In this document: positions 39,247 through 50,601 of the stretch, in pieces
Layout: the number at the start of each line of letters is the position of its first letter
How positions within the stretch are numbered: the stretch's first letter is position 1
Assembly (NCBI GenBank): GCA_963722255.1
Contig: CAVRJO010000002.1
Span: forward strand, 160,001-224,000
Reading direction: 5' to 3'
DNA from: Candidatus Babeliales bacterium
Lineage (GTDB): Bacteria > Babelota > Babeliae > Babelales > JANWKD01
DNA: 64,000 nucleotides
Notes under the pieces: generated by a model
Databases searched by the model: none
The model's input: the letters and a program-made list of their open reading frames with translations, nothing else
Told to the model about the DNA's origin: nothing
Program-made: the position numbers and the translations under genes

Positions 39247-40116
39247 TTATCGTACAAGTCTTTTTGCAAAAAAAAGAAGCAATGGATCTATAAAAGATCT
39301 ATTACTGCGCAAATCTAAACAATCTATTGCATATTTCCTGAACATCGAGTCTTGAATATTCAAACGCTGTTTTAGAAACTTAGATAACCCTTCTGCATTG
39401 TTTCGACAATCAAGCAAAACGAGCTGACCGGTTTCACAATCCTCGCTATAGAGAAATCCCGTTGGAATAAAGCATTGTTCTAAATCATCAAGACAACGTA
39501 ATGCAATAAGATCATACCGTTGTGCAACAATTCCTAACTCTTTTTCAAAATTTTGAGTATCAATAAAATCTGATATCAAAAATAATAACGTATCCTTCTT
39601 ACTTATTTGCGCTAAAAATTTCAAAGCAAGTGCATTATTGGTCATTTTACTTTTAGGCTCGAAAGACCAAAGTTTAGTAAGTATCGAAGAAAGATGAGCG
39701 CTGCCTAATCCCGGAGGTATATAAAATTCTATCTGCTCAGAATATACTACTATTCCTATACGTGCTTTAGAAAAATCAGCAGCCAAGGCTAAAACAGTCG
39801 CAACTTGAGCAATAAACTCTTTTTTTAATAAACCAGATGATCCGTAACAAGTAGAATTAGAGGCATCAAGAGCTATAAGAATAGTTTTAGTATGTTCATG
39901 AATATATTCTTTAACGAGCATTTTATTTGTTCGAGCCGTACTTTTCCAGTCAATAAAACGAATATCATCACCTAATTGATAATCTCTCAACTGTTCAAAT
40001 TCAATACCATAACCCTTTTGTTTGGAGCGATAATCTCCAGCAAAAAATCCTTTCAATAATTTTTTCACCTGCAATTGTAATAATGAAACTTTTTTTTGAA
40101 CATCCGGAGCGAGCAT
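39247..40116 (-). CDS. DUF58 domain (vWA-like) protein
   Basis: GIEFEQLRDYQLGDDIRFIDWKSTAR, LDASNS and LISDF motifs. Confidence 0.93.
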   Translation of the reverse strand: MLAPDVQKKVSLLQLQVKKLLKGFFAGDYRSKQKGYGIEFEQLRDYQLGDDIRFIDWKSTARTNKMLVKEYIHEHTKTILIALDASNSTCYGSSGLLKKEFIAQVATVLALAADFSKARIGIVVYSEQIEFYIPPGLGSAHLSSILTKLWSFEPKSKMTNNALALKFLAQISKKDTLLFLISDFIDTQNFEKELGIVAQRYDLIALRCLDDLEQCFIPTGFLYSEDCETGQLVLLDCRNNAEGLSKFLKQRLNIQDSMFRKYAIDCLDLRSNRSFIDPLLLFFAKRLVR

Positions 40117-40132
40117 AGATATACCTCTTTAG

Positions 40133-41365
40133 TTATAACATCCAAGGCTTCAAAACATCAGGAATAAGTATTGAACCATCTTCTTGCTGATATGTTTCCA
40201 TAAGAGCAGCAACTAAACGCGGTAATGCCAGTGATGAAGCATTTAAAGTATGAACTAGGATAGTTTTTCCACCAACTTCTTTTCTATAGCGCATTCCACC
40301 TCGACGCGATTGAAAATCGGTGCAATTGCTTGCTGAAGAAACTTCCATATATCGATCCTGTCCTGGAAGCCATACTTCAATATCATAGGTCTTTGCTGAC
40401 TGAAATGAACAATCTTGTGCTGCAAGCAAGCTGATACGATAATGGAGATTTAATTTTTGAAGGAGTTCTTGTGCGCATTGAACCATACGCTCTAATTCAT
40501 TATTTGATTCTTCCGGAGCACAGTAAGAATATAATTCTACTTTTTCAAATTGGTGAATACGAATCAATCCCCGCTCTGTTGCACCATAGCCACCTGCTTC
40601 GCGTCTAAAACAACTTGTCGCTGCAGTCATCCTTAGAGGCAATTGTTCAGCTGAAAATATAGTGTTACGGTACATATTTGCCAAACTCACTTCAGACGTT
40701 GGTATTAAGTACATAGTATCTTCTGCAACCTTATACACATCATCATAAAATTTAGGAAAATTTCCTGCAATCTCTAATGAGCGTTCATTAACTAAGTAAG
40801 GTGGCAAAACAAATGAAAAACCATGGGTAGCATTATGCTTAAGCATAAACATGATGAGCGCGTACATGAGCTTTACTGAATCATTTTTATAAAGCACAAA
40901 GTTGCTACCTGCAATCGTTGCAGCAGCTTCAAAATCAAACCAACCTAATGCATTTCCAAGCTCTACATGATGTTTAATGGCAAATGAAAATTCGGGCTTA
41001 GTTCCAACGACCTTTACTACTAGATTTGATTCCTTACCACCGCAGGGTACATCATCAAAAGGAATATTAGGACACCGTAAATATAAAGCCTTAAACTGTT
41101 CATGTATTTCGTGCAAACTCTTTTCTTGTTCTTTAAGTTTTGCGCCTATTGCTTGCGATTCAATTCGAATTTCCTGTGTAATACCTTTTTTTGCTGATTC
41201 TGAAAGTTCATTTTTACGATGACGTAATTCTTCAACTTCTCGAGTAATGCGACGAACTTCTTTGTCTAAATCTACAAGACGTTGTGCATCAAAAGACGGA
41301 TCTTTCTTTGTAACAAGTTGTATAAAGAGCGCTGGATTTTCATGGGCCAATGTTAAATCTATCAT
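40133..41365 (-). CDS. serS: Serine--tRNA ligase
   Basis: LIPTSEV, CFRREAG, GLIRIHQFEKVE, EVSSASNCTDFQSRR and HTLNAS motifs. Confidence 0.97.
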   Translation of the reverse strand: MIDLTLAHENPALFIQLVTKKDPSFDAQRLVDLDKEVRRITREVEELRHRKNELSESAKKGITQEIRIESQAIGAKLKEQEKSLHEIHEQFKALYLRCPNIPFDDVPCGGKESNLVVKVVGTKPEFSFAIKHHVELGNALGWFDFEAAATIAGSNFVLYKNDSVKLMYALIMFMLKHNATHGFSFVLPPYLVNERSLEIAGNFPKFYDDVYKVAEDTMYLIPTSEVSLANMYRNTIFSAEQLPLRMTAATSCFRREAGGYGATERGLIRIHQFEKVELYSYCAPEESNNELERMVQCAQELLQKLNLHYRISLLAAQDCSFQSAKTYDIEVWLPGQDRYMEVSSASNCTDFQSRRGGMRYRKEVGGKTILVHTLNASSLALPRLVAALMETYQQEDGSILIPDVLKPWML

Positions 41366-41469
41366 CGTATAATCCTATTCATAATGTAAATTTTTTAGTA
41401 ATATTTGTAGATTTTATTACGTTAATTACTGTTATGAAGATAACGAAAAAAAACTAATTTGAAAAGGAA

Positions 41470-41492
41470 AAAGGACCGGATATCCGGTCCTT
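41470..41492. terminator. Terminator after the HU gene
   Basis: aaggaccgga-ta-tccggtcctt with a minus-strand T run. Confidence 0.65.
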
Positions 41493-41527
41493 ATACTGAT
41501 AATATCGTATTTATGTAGTCTATACTA

Positions 41528-41806
41528 CTAAACTGACCTTACAACTTCTTTTAAATTTTTACCTGGCTTAAAGCGAGGTACATTAATTGCAGGAAGATTA
41601 ATTCTTTCCTTGGTTGCAGGGTTAATTCCCTTACGTGCAGGTCTTCTTGAAACCCACCATGTACCAAAACCGGCCCATTGCAACTTATCACCTTTTTTTA
41701 AAGTACGTTGCACAATTCTAGCTAAACTATCTAACACTCTAGAAACATCTTTTTTGCTAAAAGTTGTTTCTTCACTGAGCGAATTTATCAACTCACTCTT
41801 GTTCAT
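41528..41806 (-). CDS. hup: HU family DNA-binding protein
   Basis: MNKSELI, GFGTW, RPARKGINPAT and PRFKPGKNLKE motifs. Confidence 0.95.
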   Translation of the reverse strand: MNKSELINSLSEETTFSKKDVSRVLDSLARIVQRTLKKGDKLQWAGFGTWWVSRRPARKGINPATKERINLPAINVPRFKPGKNLKEVVRSV

Positions 41807-42049
41807 AAGAACTCCTAAGAATAATAATGGTTAAAACACTGCTACTTCACTAATTACTGTCCTTTTTTATGGTCTGTGATATTAGTAACATACTGTAATT
41901 TTGATTTAAAAATTTGTCAACTTTAAAAAAACTATTATTATGCTATTCCTGCATTAAATCAGATAAAGTATAGCTATCTATAACAAAAAAAAATGAGTAG
42001 AATGTTTTCTAAAAAAATATCTTTTTTATGTGAATTATAAGGATTTTAT

Positions 42050-42925
42050 ATGTATACCAAAAACAAAGTTCATAGCCAAAATGCAGAAGATATATCTACA
42101 CTATTAATTGACACGCATTGTCATATTAACTGCATGATAAAAAAAAATTTTGATCAACTGCTAACTCTCAATGAATTTCCTCACGCTGCACAGATCGTTG
42201 ACCAAGCAGCTGCGGCCAACGTGAAAAAAATCATTAATGTTGGCACAAGTCTTATTGAAAGTATTAACTGCGTTGAACTGGCAAAATCATTTGATGCCTG
42301 TTATGCCGCTGTAGGCATCCATCCAAATGATTGCACAGAAAAATGGCATCAAGATTTAAAAGAGATTGAATCGCTTTGGTTTGACAAAAGAATACCAAAA
42401 CATAAAAATTTCAAAATTGTTGCAATAGGAGAATGTGGCCTTGATCGCCATTACCCTGATTATAATTTAAAACGACAAAAAGATGCTTTCAAAGCGCATA
42501 TAGAATTAGCATTAGAACATGCACTACCGCTTATTGTGCACACTCGTGATGCCGGCGATGAAACCTTGCGCTCATTAGAAGAGTTTAAAAACCAAGGTAT
42601 TCATGGAGTCATTCATTGTTTTTCAGAAGATCAATCATTTGCAGATACGGCTCTAGAATTTGGCTTTGTTCTTGGTATTGGCGGCACAATTACCTATCCC
42701 AAAAATGGCATCTTACGTGAGGTTTGTAAAAAAGTTGCCTTAGAAAAAATTATTCTTGAAACTGATGCTCCCTTTCTACCAATTCAATCCATGCGCGGCA
42801 AACAAAATCATCCTCAACACATTGTTGATATAGCGCATTATTTGGCTGAATTACGCAATGAACCTTTTGAAAAAATAGCAGAAATTAGTTCTGAAACAGC
42901 TTGTCATATTTTTAAGCTTAAGTAG
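42050..42925 (+). CDS. tatD: TatD family deoxyribonuclease
   Basis: LIDTHCH, AVGIHP, AIGECGLD, PLIVHTRDA, VIHCFS and LETDAPFL motifs. Confidence 0.94.
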   Translation: MYTKNKVHSQNAEDISTLLIDTHCHINCMIKKNFDQLLTLNEFPHAAQIVDQAAAANVKKIINVGTSLIESINCVELAKSFDACYAAVGIHPNDCTEKWHQDLKEIESLWFDKRIPKHKNFKIVAIGECGLDRHYPDYNLKRQKDAFKAHIELALEHALPLIVHTRDAGDETLRSLEEFKNQGIHGVIHCFSEDQSFADTALEFGFVLGIGGTITYPKNGILREVCKKVALEKIILETDAPFLPIQSMRGKQNHPQHIVDIAHYLAELRNEPFEKIAEISSETACHIFKLK

Positions 42926-43023
42926 CCTTAAATTAATTTTTTAATCTATTGTTTTTTATCTTTTGTTGTATTAGCATATCCAAAATAATTAATAATATTA
43001 CATCTTGATTTATAGGAGTTCTT

Positions 43024-43443
43024 ATGAAGTTACTACAAATTATACTGGTTTTTGGAATTAGTGGAGCAGTATTTAATGCATTTGGTATGGAGCAATTCTC
43101 AAAAACAGTACCCCAAAACCAGGTTCGATCAGAAAAGTTAAAATACGTTTTCAACTCACGTAAGTTCGATACCGCTCCTGGAGCACGCACAAAAATTTGT
43201 GAGCAAAAACGAGTGGATCCAGAGACCAATCAACATTTGAAATATATAGCAAAAAAAATAAGATATAGTTCAGGAGATATAACTTGGGTAACTGAACTTA
43301 GTATCCCCAATAATCCTAGGATTATGTCTACAGAACCGTTTTGTCCTAAAATTCTTTCAGAAGAAGATTCCAAAAGAATATGGTTAGAATTGAAAAAAGC
43401 ATATAAACTTCAAGAACTCAAAAGCCTCAATAGTCAAAACTAA
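43024..43443 (+). CDS. Hypothetical secreted protein
   Basis: AGGAG RBS; signal peptide ending AFG-MEQ. Confidence 0.7.
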   Translation: MKLLQIILVFGISGAVFNAFGMEQFSKTVPQNQVRSEKLKYVFNSRKFDTAPGARTKICEQKRVDPETNQHLKYIAKKIRYSSGDITWVTELSIPNNPRIMSTEPFCPKILSEEDSKRIWLELKKAYKLQELKSLNSQN

Positions 43444-43458
43444 ATAACTTTATTATTG

Positions 43459-43493
43459 TGCAGCAGCGTCTTAAAAACATTGGCGCTGCTGCA
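43459..43493. terminator. Bidirectional terminator-like hairpin
   Basis: gcagcagcg...cgctgctgc between convergent genes. Confidence 0.55.
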
Positions 43494-43498
43494 TACTT

Positions 43499-43960
43499 TT
43501 ATCGTATTCTTAGCATTCTCTTTAATCCAACATCAAGATAAACATGCGAAAACGCTCCTACAATAAAAAAAAGCGTATCCCAAAGCATAAGGGATGAAAA
43601 TTGCGGAAAATAAAAGCTTAAAAAAAATGCCGTTGCAAGTGGCGCTCCAAGAATAAACCAAAGCTCATGACACATGCCTCGATGACGTACAATTAAGGGA
43701 AGACATGCTATAAAACTCAGCAAAATGATTGCACTAAAGCATTGTTTAATGAGCAGTATAAAAAGGAGCACAACTAATGCTTTATAAAATATTTTCTGTC
43801 CTTTGCTCTTTGTATCAATGTCTGGAAACAAAGCTCCTAAGAGAGTAAAGCAGAGCCATTCAAGAGCAATAACCAGAGAAACTTTCCGAACAATAATAAT
43901 ATTAATGACAATAAAAAAAGCTACAATTCCACCAACAAGATGGCCTTTATAATTTGGCAT
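43499..43960 (-). CDS. Membrane-bound metal-dependent hydrolase (YdjM-like)
   Basis: MPNYKGH, GALFPDID, HRGMCH and SHVYLD motifs. Confidence 0.85.
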   Translation of the reverse strand: MPNYKGHLVGGIVAFFIVINIIIVRKVSLVIALEWLCFTLLGALFPDIDTKSKGQKIFYKALVVLLFILLIKQCFSAIILLSFIACLPLIVRHRGMCHELWFILGAPLATAFFLSFYFPQFSSLMLWDTLFFIVGAFSHVYLDVGLKRMLRIR

Positions 43961-44065
43961 ATTATCTTTCTCAATTTTTGATTCTATAATGTATAAATCT
44001 TTTTAGTGTATAATAAAAAAGCTACATTCAACAATATGGCAATAAAACGGTAACAAGGAGAACAT

Positions 44066-44380
44066 ATGAAGCGACAGTATTGTATCCATTCTTTACTAAC
44101 TATTTTATATTGCACCATTTCACTAAGCGCAATGCAAGAAAAAAGCCTTATCACAAGACAAAATATAGACGATCCAAACGACATTATTATCAAACTAGAG
44201 AAAGTAAAAGCACCAGGAAAAATTTTAACAATTATTCACACGACACATAGGACAACACAAGAACAGTCATGGTGTGGCTACCTTACTCTCTTGCTCAGCA
44301 ATCGATATATAGCCTATTATAAGTATGATCCTGATACCGCTCGTCAAAAATGGAATAAACTTAATAATCAAATAGCTTGA
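44066..44380 (+). CDS. Small hypothetical secreted protein
   Basis: AGGAG RBS; signal peptide ending LSA-MQE. Confidence 0.65.
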   Translation: MKRQYCIHSLLTILYCTISLSAMQEKSLITRQNIDDPNDIIIKLEKVKAPGKILTIIHTTHRTTQEQSWCGYLTLLLSNRYIAYYKYDPDTARQKWNKLNNQIA

Positions 44381-45216
44381 TCCTGCTTTTTTTAAAACCA
44401 TTATTCTCGATTATCTGGTGTTAAAAGATTAAATTGTTTAAGCCTTTTATATACCGCAGATCTATGGACACCCAAAAATTCTGCGACTTTTGATTGCGCT
44501 TTAAACTTTTTCATAAGCATTTCTAAAGTCTTAAAATCTTTCAAAGCATTCTTGCCCATTTGCGCTGCCTTTGCGCATTCAGCATCACTGATTGTATACG
44601 ATGTATCAAAATGAATAAACGTTGCAGACAAATTTTTTTGTTCCAATTTATGTTTCAGCATCGATTCTATGCGATTCTTTAATTGTTTCAAACTTAACGC
44701 TCTCTCAGAGAGTAGCTTTAATTTCTCTGAATCAGTAAATTCAAGTAATTCCCTAACCTGTGACGTTGCCAGAGCTTGATCAGTAAAACTTTGTAGCAAT
44801 GCTGAATACTCATTATCTGAAATATCAGATAATGAAGGCATAACTAATTGAGTTTGATTGAGTTCTTCAAAAAGAGCTTTAGAAAACTTTTTTTCCTGCA
44901 CCAAGGAGCTTAAGTTATGCCGTGTTGAACATATAATTCGCACTGAACTAGCAATTTTTTGTTCACTTTTATACACACGATAATAACCATAGCGTATATA
45001 TTCAGCAAGCATATCTTGTAACTCTAAACTCAATAAATGAATGTTTTTTATAAAAAGCGTTCCGGTCGTATGTAATGATTCAAGGAGCGGCTTTTCTTGC
45101 TTTGTGGTAACATCCGCTTCATACATTTTATTAATACCAAATAACTGTTTTGCAAGAACAATCATAGGAGTTGCAGCATCAATTTTTAAAACTTTCAAGG
45201 TATCACGCATGCTTAT

Positions 45217-46391
45217 CTTAACACCTGACAATTTTAAAAGTAAGCCATAAAGGGGGAATTTCCAGCAATGACAGTGCGGCTTTCAGAAGAAAGCGAATAC
45301 CTTTTTTGAAAAAGGAAGTTAAACTGCGCGCAGTTTTTTTTTAGAACGTTTTGCACGCTCAAGATCTGGCTGCATGCCGGTGGAAACAGCCCAATAATAA
45401 GCAACACTTAAAACAAGAATAAGACGTTCTATTCGTTCTGCATGGCGTAACTGAGTAGTAGTGATATCAAAGCCTCTTGATTTAAAGTCTGAGAACATAG
45501 GCTCAATAGACCATCGCATGCCATAATCAAGAACTTTATATTCGGTAGGAACACAATCCATAGCAATGATCCAAGGTTCATCTTTGCCTTCATCTTGTAG
45601 TGCACCAATGTTAGTTGTAACGCCAGAATTATTCAACTGAACATTGCACAACGATGTTTGTTTTAATCTGATAAGCTCGCCAGAACTCAATTCCCCACCA
45701 TGATGAAAAAGAATAAGATTACCTTTCAAGCGAATGCGGTATCGCCATTTGAAACTTTGACATAATTGGATAAGCGCAGGATTCCCATAGAATCTATCCG
45801 CCATTAAAATAATTTTTGCATAGCTTGGTATGTTAGCAAACACCGCCTCAAGCAGTTGTTTTTGAATGGTAAAGCCAATTTCTCCTTGCGTTTTAATTAC
45901 TCGCCATGCAACAGGAATAGCACGTTCTCCAATTCGCAATGAAACCATAAGACATTCAAATTCTTTATTGATTTGACTTTGATCCATTGATAAAACAATG
46001 ATCTGGCCATTTGCATGTATAAGTTCTATTAATTCAGGGATAAAGCCTTCTAGTAACGTATCACAATCAATTTTATCATTGGCAAGCCAACGATTAATAT
46101 AGCGATAACGCTCCTCATCACTTTTGACTTTTCTTGGCAGCACTGTTGCTAATTCTGATGTGTTAACATTGCGACATGTTATTACTGATGCTGCTAAATC
46201 TGCCAAACCTATCCTTTGTGGCTTGCTTAAACGTATATCTCTCTCTGCTAAATCTTCTTCGATAACTTTTGCCAAGTGTATTATTGATCCACCCATCATT
46301 CTCACCTTATTTACTCCTTTGTTTTTCACAAAGTATACACTTTTTGCAAAACAGAGTCTTTGATGAGTGTTAAATTTTGTCAGGTGTTAAG
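45217..46391 (-). mobile_element. IS4-like insertion sequence
   Basis: IRs CTTAACACCTGACAAt / CTTAACACCTGACAAa; 9-bp target duplication CATGCTTAT at 45208-45216 and 46392-46400. Confidence 0.92.
45319..46329 (-). CDS. IS4-like DDE transposase
   Basis: LSMDQS, MADRFY and YGMRWSIEPMFSDFKSRGF (YREK-like) motifs; a possible -1 shift at the terminal A tract gives RSLTSFFKKGIR. Confidence 0.9.
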   Translation of the reverse strand: MKNKGVNKVRMMGGSIIHLAKVIEEDLAERDIRLSKPQRIGLADLAASVITCRNVNTSELATVLPRKVKSDEERYRYINRWLANDKIDCDTLLEGFIPELIELIHANGQIIVLSMDQSQINKEFECLMVSLRIGERAIPVAWRVIKTQGEIGFTIQKQLLEAVFANIPSYAKIILMADRFYGNPALIQLCQSFKWRYRIRLKGNLILFHHGGELSSGELIRLKQTSLCNVQLNNSGVTTNIGALQDEGKDEPWIIAMDCVPTEYKVLDYGMRWSIEPMFSDFKSRGFDITTTQLRHAERIERLILVLSVAYYWAVSTGMQPDLERAKRSKKKLRAV

Positions 46392-48819
46392 CATGCTTAT
46401 AGAATGTAAAATATCTACCAAATCCGCTTCATCTTCGTCAGGAGCATCAATTACCAATGCCTTTTTACTCAAGGCACACTGCAATAAATTGATTTTAAAT
46501 TGAATCAAAACTGCTCCGACACTTGGAACAAGCTTATTAATTAAGGTGCCCGCACTTGTTGTTTCTAAATATAAAAGATAATCAATCTCCGTTGGTTTAC
46601 CCAAAGAATCTTGTATTCGTTTTATAGAGTCCATTATTTCAGGATAATAAATCATAAGAAGGACATTATTTTTTTCAAGATATGGAACAGCGCGAATAAC
46701 TATTTTTTCACCACGTTCATCATAGTTATACTTTGTTTTTGCTATCTTATAGTGAAGTACATCTTTGGCTATCTGCTGAAACTCTTTAGTCAAACGATGT
46801 CCTTGCTGCATATTAAGATCAACTTCTTGTAGTATATCTTTAACATCTTGATTTAGGTATACAAACTTCCGATATGATGTATATGAAATAATGCCTATAG
46901 CACGATGCCTCTGTAATCTACTAAATGTTTCAAGCGCTTCTCTACACTGATTTATTTCTTGATGCTTTAAAAAGAGTTCCTCTTGTAATTTCTTCTCTCG
47001 TTCAACAATAATTGAAAGTCTATGATTCTGAAAAATATTAATAACGTTTTCAAGACTAGCTACATATAAAATCATTTCATCGCATTCAATATCGTTAAAC
47101 AGCAGTTCTCCTCGTGCATTGCGTTCGATTATAATGAATGCAATAAGATTATTCTCTTTAAAAATAGGAATAAAAACATCAGCGTTAAGCGCATCTAAAA
47201 ACTCTATTACTGCAGTATTGGATGTTGTTGCATGATAGGTGTTATTAAAGGTAATTTCATCATAAATAATAATGCGTTGGCCTCGAATGAAACTATGCAA
47301 ATCATTATTGTTACTCAGCATTGATTCAACAACAAGCTCTCTTTTTGTTACGGGCCGACTATTTTTTTCATCTCCTGCAGCCCTAATACCGCTCGATTGC
47401 CTAAAGTATAAGCTCACTTGGCTCGATTCAATTGCGAATATATCCTTAAAAGCCATCTGTATAAGTGGCTCAAGTTGTTCAATATGTGTGACGCATTACT
47501 TAAATTTGCTACAGCTTGTATAAATTTTTTGAAAAATGGATATTTATGCGAATCATCGAACATGTTTATTTACATTCAAAAACCGTAACCACATAATTTT
47601 AAAAACACAATAATAGTGGCGAAGGTAAATAGGACCGATAAAATGCTGAAGCAATACATAATGAGTATCCGAAAACACTAAGTGCATAAATCCAAGGAAT
47701 AATTCCATAAAAACAAATGGACACACAACAAATTTCAATAAAGTCATAAGCTGTTGTTTTAATATCTTCGGAAAATCAACTTTATTTATTTTTTTCAAAA
47801 CAAAAAAAACAGTTAAGAGTAGAACACAAACTATAAAACTCGCGGATTTCAAACAAAATTTCAAACCAAGGCCGCTCATTACTCATACTATAAAAAATTG
47901 CCCCACCAATGAAATAACCAATATAACTACCATTAAAAAATAAAAGTAGTTTTTGATACCAAGGTAATGAATAATTCTTTTCAGCCAAACTTTCGATAAA
48001 AATTCCCAATGACTGATATTGCATAAAACACAATGCCCATGCAATGCGAATAATAAAATTATTAATGCAAATACTAAGAGAAGGAAAAAAAAGAATTCTT
48101 ACATAGCTTTGCACCCAGGTAAAATCAGTAAAAAAACTACCTATTAATGCTAACCCTAAAAAAAATAATTTTTGAAAATTATCAGAATTTTTTGTTCCTC
48201 TATATACTAACAAAGCAAAAAGATATGTTTTTGCAATAAAAGCAGTAAAAAATATTATTAAAATTAAATACTTACTAAAATCAACTATCATTGACTAATT
48301 CCTAGAATAAACGTATCTTATATTTCATAAAGAACTTATAAATGTAATAACTGAAAGGTTTAATTATGATTAGTAAAAAAAATCTCACTAATCCAATTTA
48401 TCTCAATACACTACTCGAATAATTTTACTATTAAACATTCTATTTAATAATCCACCTATACACTGATGTTAGGTTGATAATAAGTTTACCATTTCTACAA
48501 AATTCAACCACCGTAATGGTCCAATATTATAAAACATGGTTTTTAAAAAAAATTGAAAAGAAGCTAAGCACTTTGTTAATGTTTAGCTTCTTTTCAATTT
48601 TTACCAATACCAATCTCATTACGGCATTATTTAATCAGGATATGTATAGCGCAAAAAAGACCCTAAGAATATTGATACTATAAACGAGATTGTTGCCTCA
48701 GTAGATAAACTCCAATGGAAATCTCCAAAATAACGTCTAAAATCAAACAAAATAATGACCCAGGCGGAAAGTAAGAACAACCTGATTAATTTGTTGCTTT
48801 ACGCAATACCAATACGTCA

Positions 48820-49263
48820 TTATATTCTTTCGATCCGTTTATTATATCTGTTCATAATTCGGGCCATAAATATTAAATTAACAATCCAATGCACATATAA
48901 AAGAATATAATTTATACCCGACATACGATAATAATCAGCGTACCATACATAAAACCAGATATTACCTATTATCAACACCATCAATGTTCTAAATATTTTT
49001 TTGAAAAGCACAGGATCGGGCGAATCATCTAACCATACTAAGTTATATTGTGGTGCATATAAATCGGGAAATAAAAACATAGTGCAATAAAAAAAAACAC
49101 CGCTAGCGTATATAATCGTACATACAATAATACTTAATGGCATTCCCAATCTTACATAAAGAGGGAAATTATAATGGTACCATGCTTGAACAGTAAAGAA
49201 ATAAAGAAGCGGAAATATTTCATGCTTAAATTCTGACCATCGAGCTTCATAAAAATTAAACAT
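48820..49263 (-). CDS. Multi-TM membrane protein, paralog A (candidate immunity protein)
   Basis: About four aromatic-rich hydrophobic segments; aligns end to end with 49291-49728 (RW..FK.E.F, VRLG.PLS, WLDD.P, WY.D.YRM). Confidence 0.75.
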   Translation of the reverse strand: MFNFYEARWSEFKHEIFPLLYFFTVQAWYHYNFPLYVRLGMPLSIIVCTIIYASGVFFYCTMFLFPDLYAPQYNLVWLDDSPDPVLFKKIFRTLMVLIIGNIWFYVWYADYYRMSGINYILLYVHWIVNLIFMARIMNRYNKRIERI

Positions 49264-49290
49264 CGTGTTTGTACCTTTCTTTAATAATGG

Positions 49291-49728
49291 CTATTTTATC
49301 CTATTATTATAACTGTCTAAAGCATTAGTCATCAGCATAAAAGCAATAACACAGTGAACATAAGAAATAGCATAAAATATATCTGGCATACGGTAAAAAT
49401 CTATATACCAGAAATAAAATAATCCTAGATGAAATACTAATATCATAATTATTTTAAATATTTCTTTTAAAAGCAACGAATTTGGTGCATCATCGAGCCA
49501 TTCTAAATTAATTCGTGGTACATATTTTTCAGGAAACACAAATATCAAAAAACAGAGAAAAATACCTACAATGCTTAAACTTGTACTGACAATAGTGCTT
49601 AAAGGAGCTCCTAACCTTACAAAAATCGGACAATTAAAACTCCACCAAATCTGAAGAAAGGAAAGAAATAGAATCGAAAATAGCTCTTGTTTAAATTGGT
49701 CCCAACGACCTTCAAATATATTCATCAT
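49291..49728 (-). CDS. Multi-TM membrane protein, paralog B (candidate immunity protein)
   Basis: Tandem paralog of 48820-49263, 27 bp apart. Confidence 0.75.
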   Translation of the reverse strand: MMNIFEGRWDQFKQELFSILFLSFLQIWWSFNCPIFVRLGAPLSTIVSTSLSIVGIFLCFLIFVFPEKYVPRINLEWLDDAPNSLLLKEIFKIIMILVFHLGLFYFWYIDFYRMPDIFYAISYVHCVIAFMLMTNALDSYNNRIK

Positions 49729-49927
49729 GAGCCTTTTTTATATCCTATTCTTTATATCGCAAGTATCCTACCTCCAACAATTTATTAGGCTATTTCTTTA
49801 CTGACAGTAAAGAGGGTACCCATTAATTAAGACATATTTTTAATAATATATACCAAATTAGAAATGAAATAGAAATATAAGAAAATGTTCCTTCTAAATC
49901 ATAATAACTATATATTTCTCAAGTTAA

Positions 49928-50477
49928 TTAAACTGGTCCAGTTATAGTCCCACCAATAACAGCTGTACCAATAGCCACTACATTACTTGCGGATTCTATT
50001 GGGCCGGCAAGAGACATCATTAGTGCCAAAATAGCTGAATATACAAACGATCCCATTGGAAGTGTAACTACGAATATTGTTCCATATGCAACAGTATAAA
50101 CGGCAACTTTCCTACCCAAAAGCCAATAGTTGCTCCCAAAACACCACCGCCAAAGCCGCGGTTTTAGCTGTCAAAGAAAACTCACCATCGCTCATTTGCT
50201 TAACCGATAAATATCCAACTTTTTGAAACTTCTTCAATGTCTTTTTATCGGCCTTACGCAACAATGGATCAACAAAGTAGTTTTTTACATCATACTGCTC
50301 ATCATTCTGCATAACATGAAAGCCACCTTGATCATGAAACACTTCAATGTTACCTAAACTTTGGGAAGCCATCAAGGATGATTGTTTAATTTTAATACAT
50401 GAATCCTGTTCCATTGCACCAACAAAAGAAACCGTTGAAGAAATCAATAATAAGCTTGCCATAATAAATTTTTGCAT
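49928..50477 (-). CDS. Secreted RGxGG precursor 2 (frameshifted in this sequence)
   Basis: Adding one base near 50160 and one near 50110 gives ...FSLTAK.RGFGG-GVLGATIGFWVGKVAVY...GGTITGPV; pro-domain homologous to 50602-51174. Confidence 0.75.
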
Positions 50478-50537
50478 AATAATCCTAATTTATAAAAAAA
50501 ATTTTAAAAACAAATAACGTAAACTCTTTTATAAAAA

Positions 50538-50566
50538 ATATTTCTACATCGCCCCTCTCCTTTTTT
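50538..50566 (-). promoter_or_regulatory. Conserved upstream motif of precursor 2
   Basis: atatttctacatcgcccctctccttttt also occurs at 51240-51267, at a similar distance from the precursor 1 start. Confidence 0.55.
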
Positions 50567-50601
50567 ACCCTAATAACTGAAATTTATTTAATAACCCATT
50601 G

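Larger units (their letters stand above)
44401..48291 (-). pseudogene. Membrane-anchored sigma-54-activator-like regulator (TM sensor, GAF-like, degenerate AAA+, Fis-type HTH), split by an IS and by frameshifts
   Basis: Fragments 47782-48291, 47553-47879, 46380-47456 and 44401-45231; IS removal restores ILHSISM-RDTLK; GTLFIKNIHLLSLELQ, VRIICST and KVAEFLGVHRSAVYKRL motifs. Confidence 0.8.

Noticed and set aside
48474..48683. 69-aa ORF in AT-rich intergenic DNA
   Set aside because: TTG start, no RBS and no motif; likely spurious.
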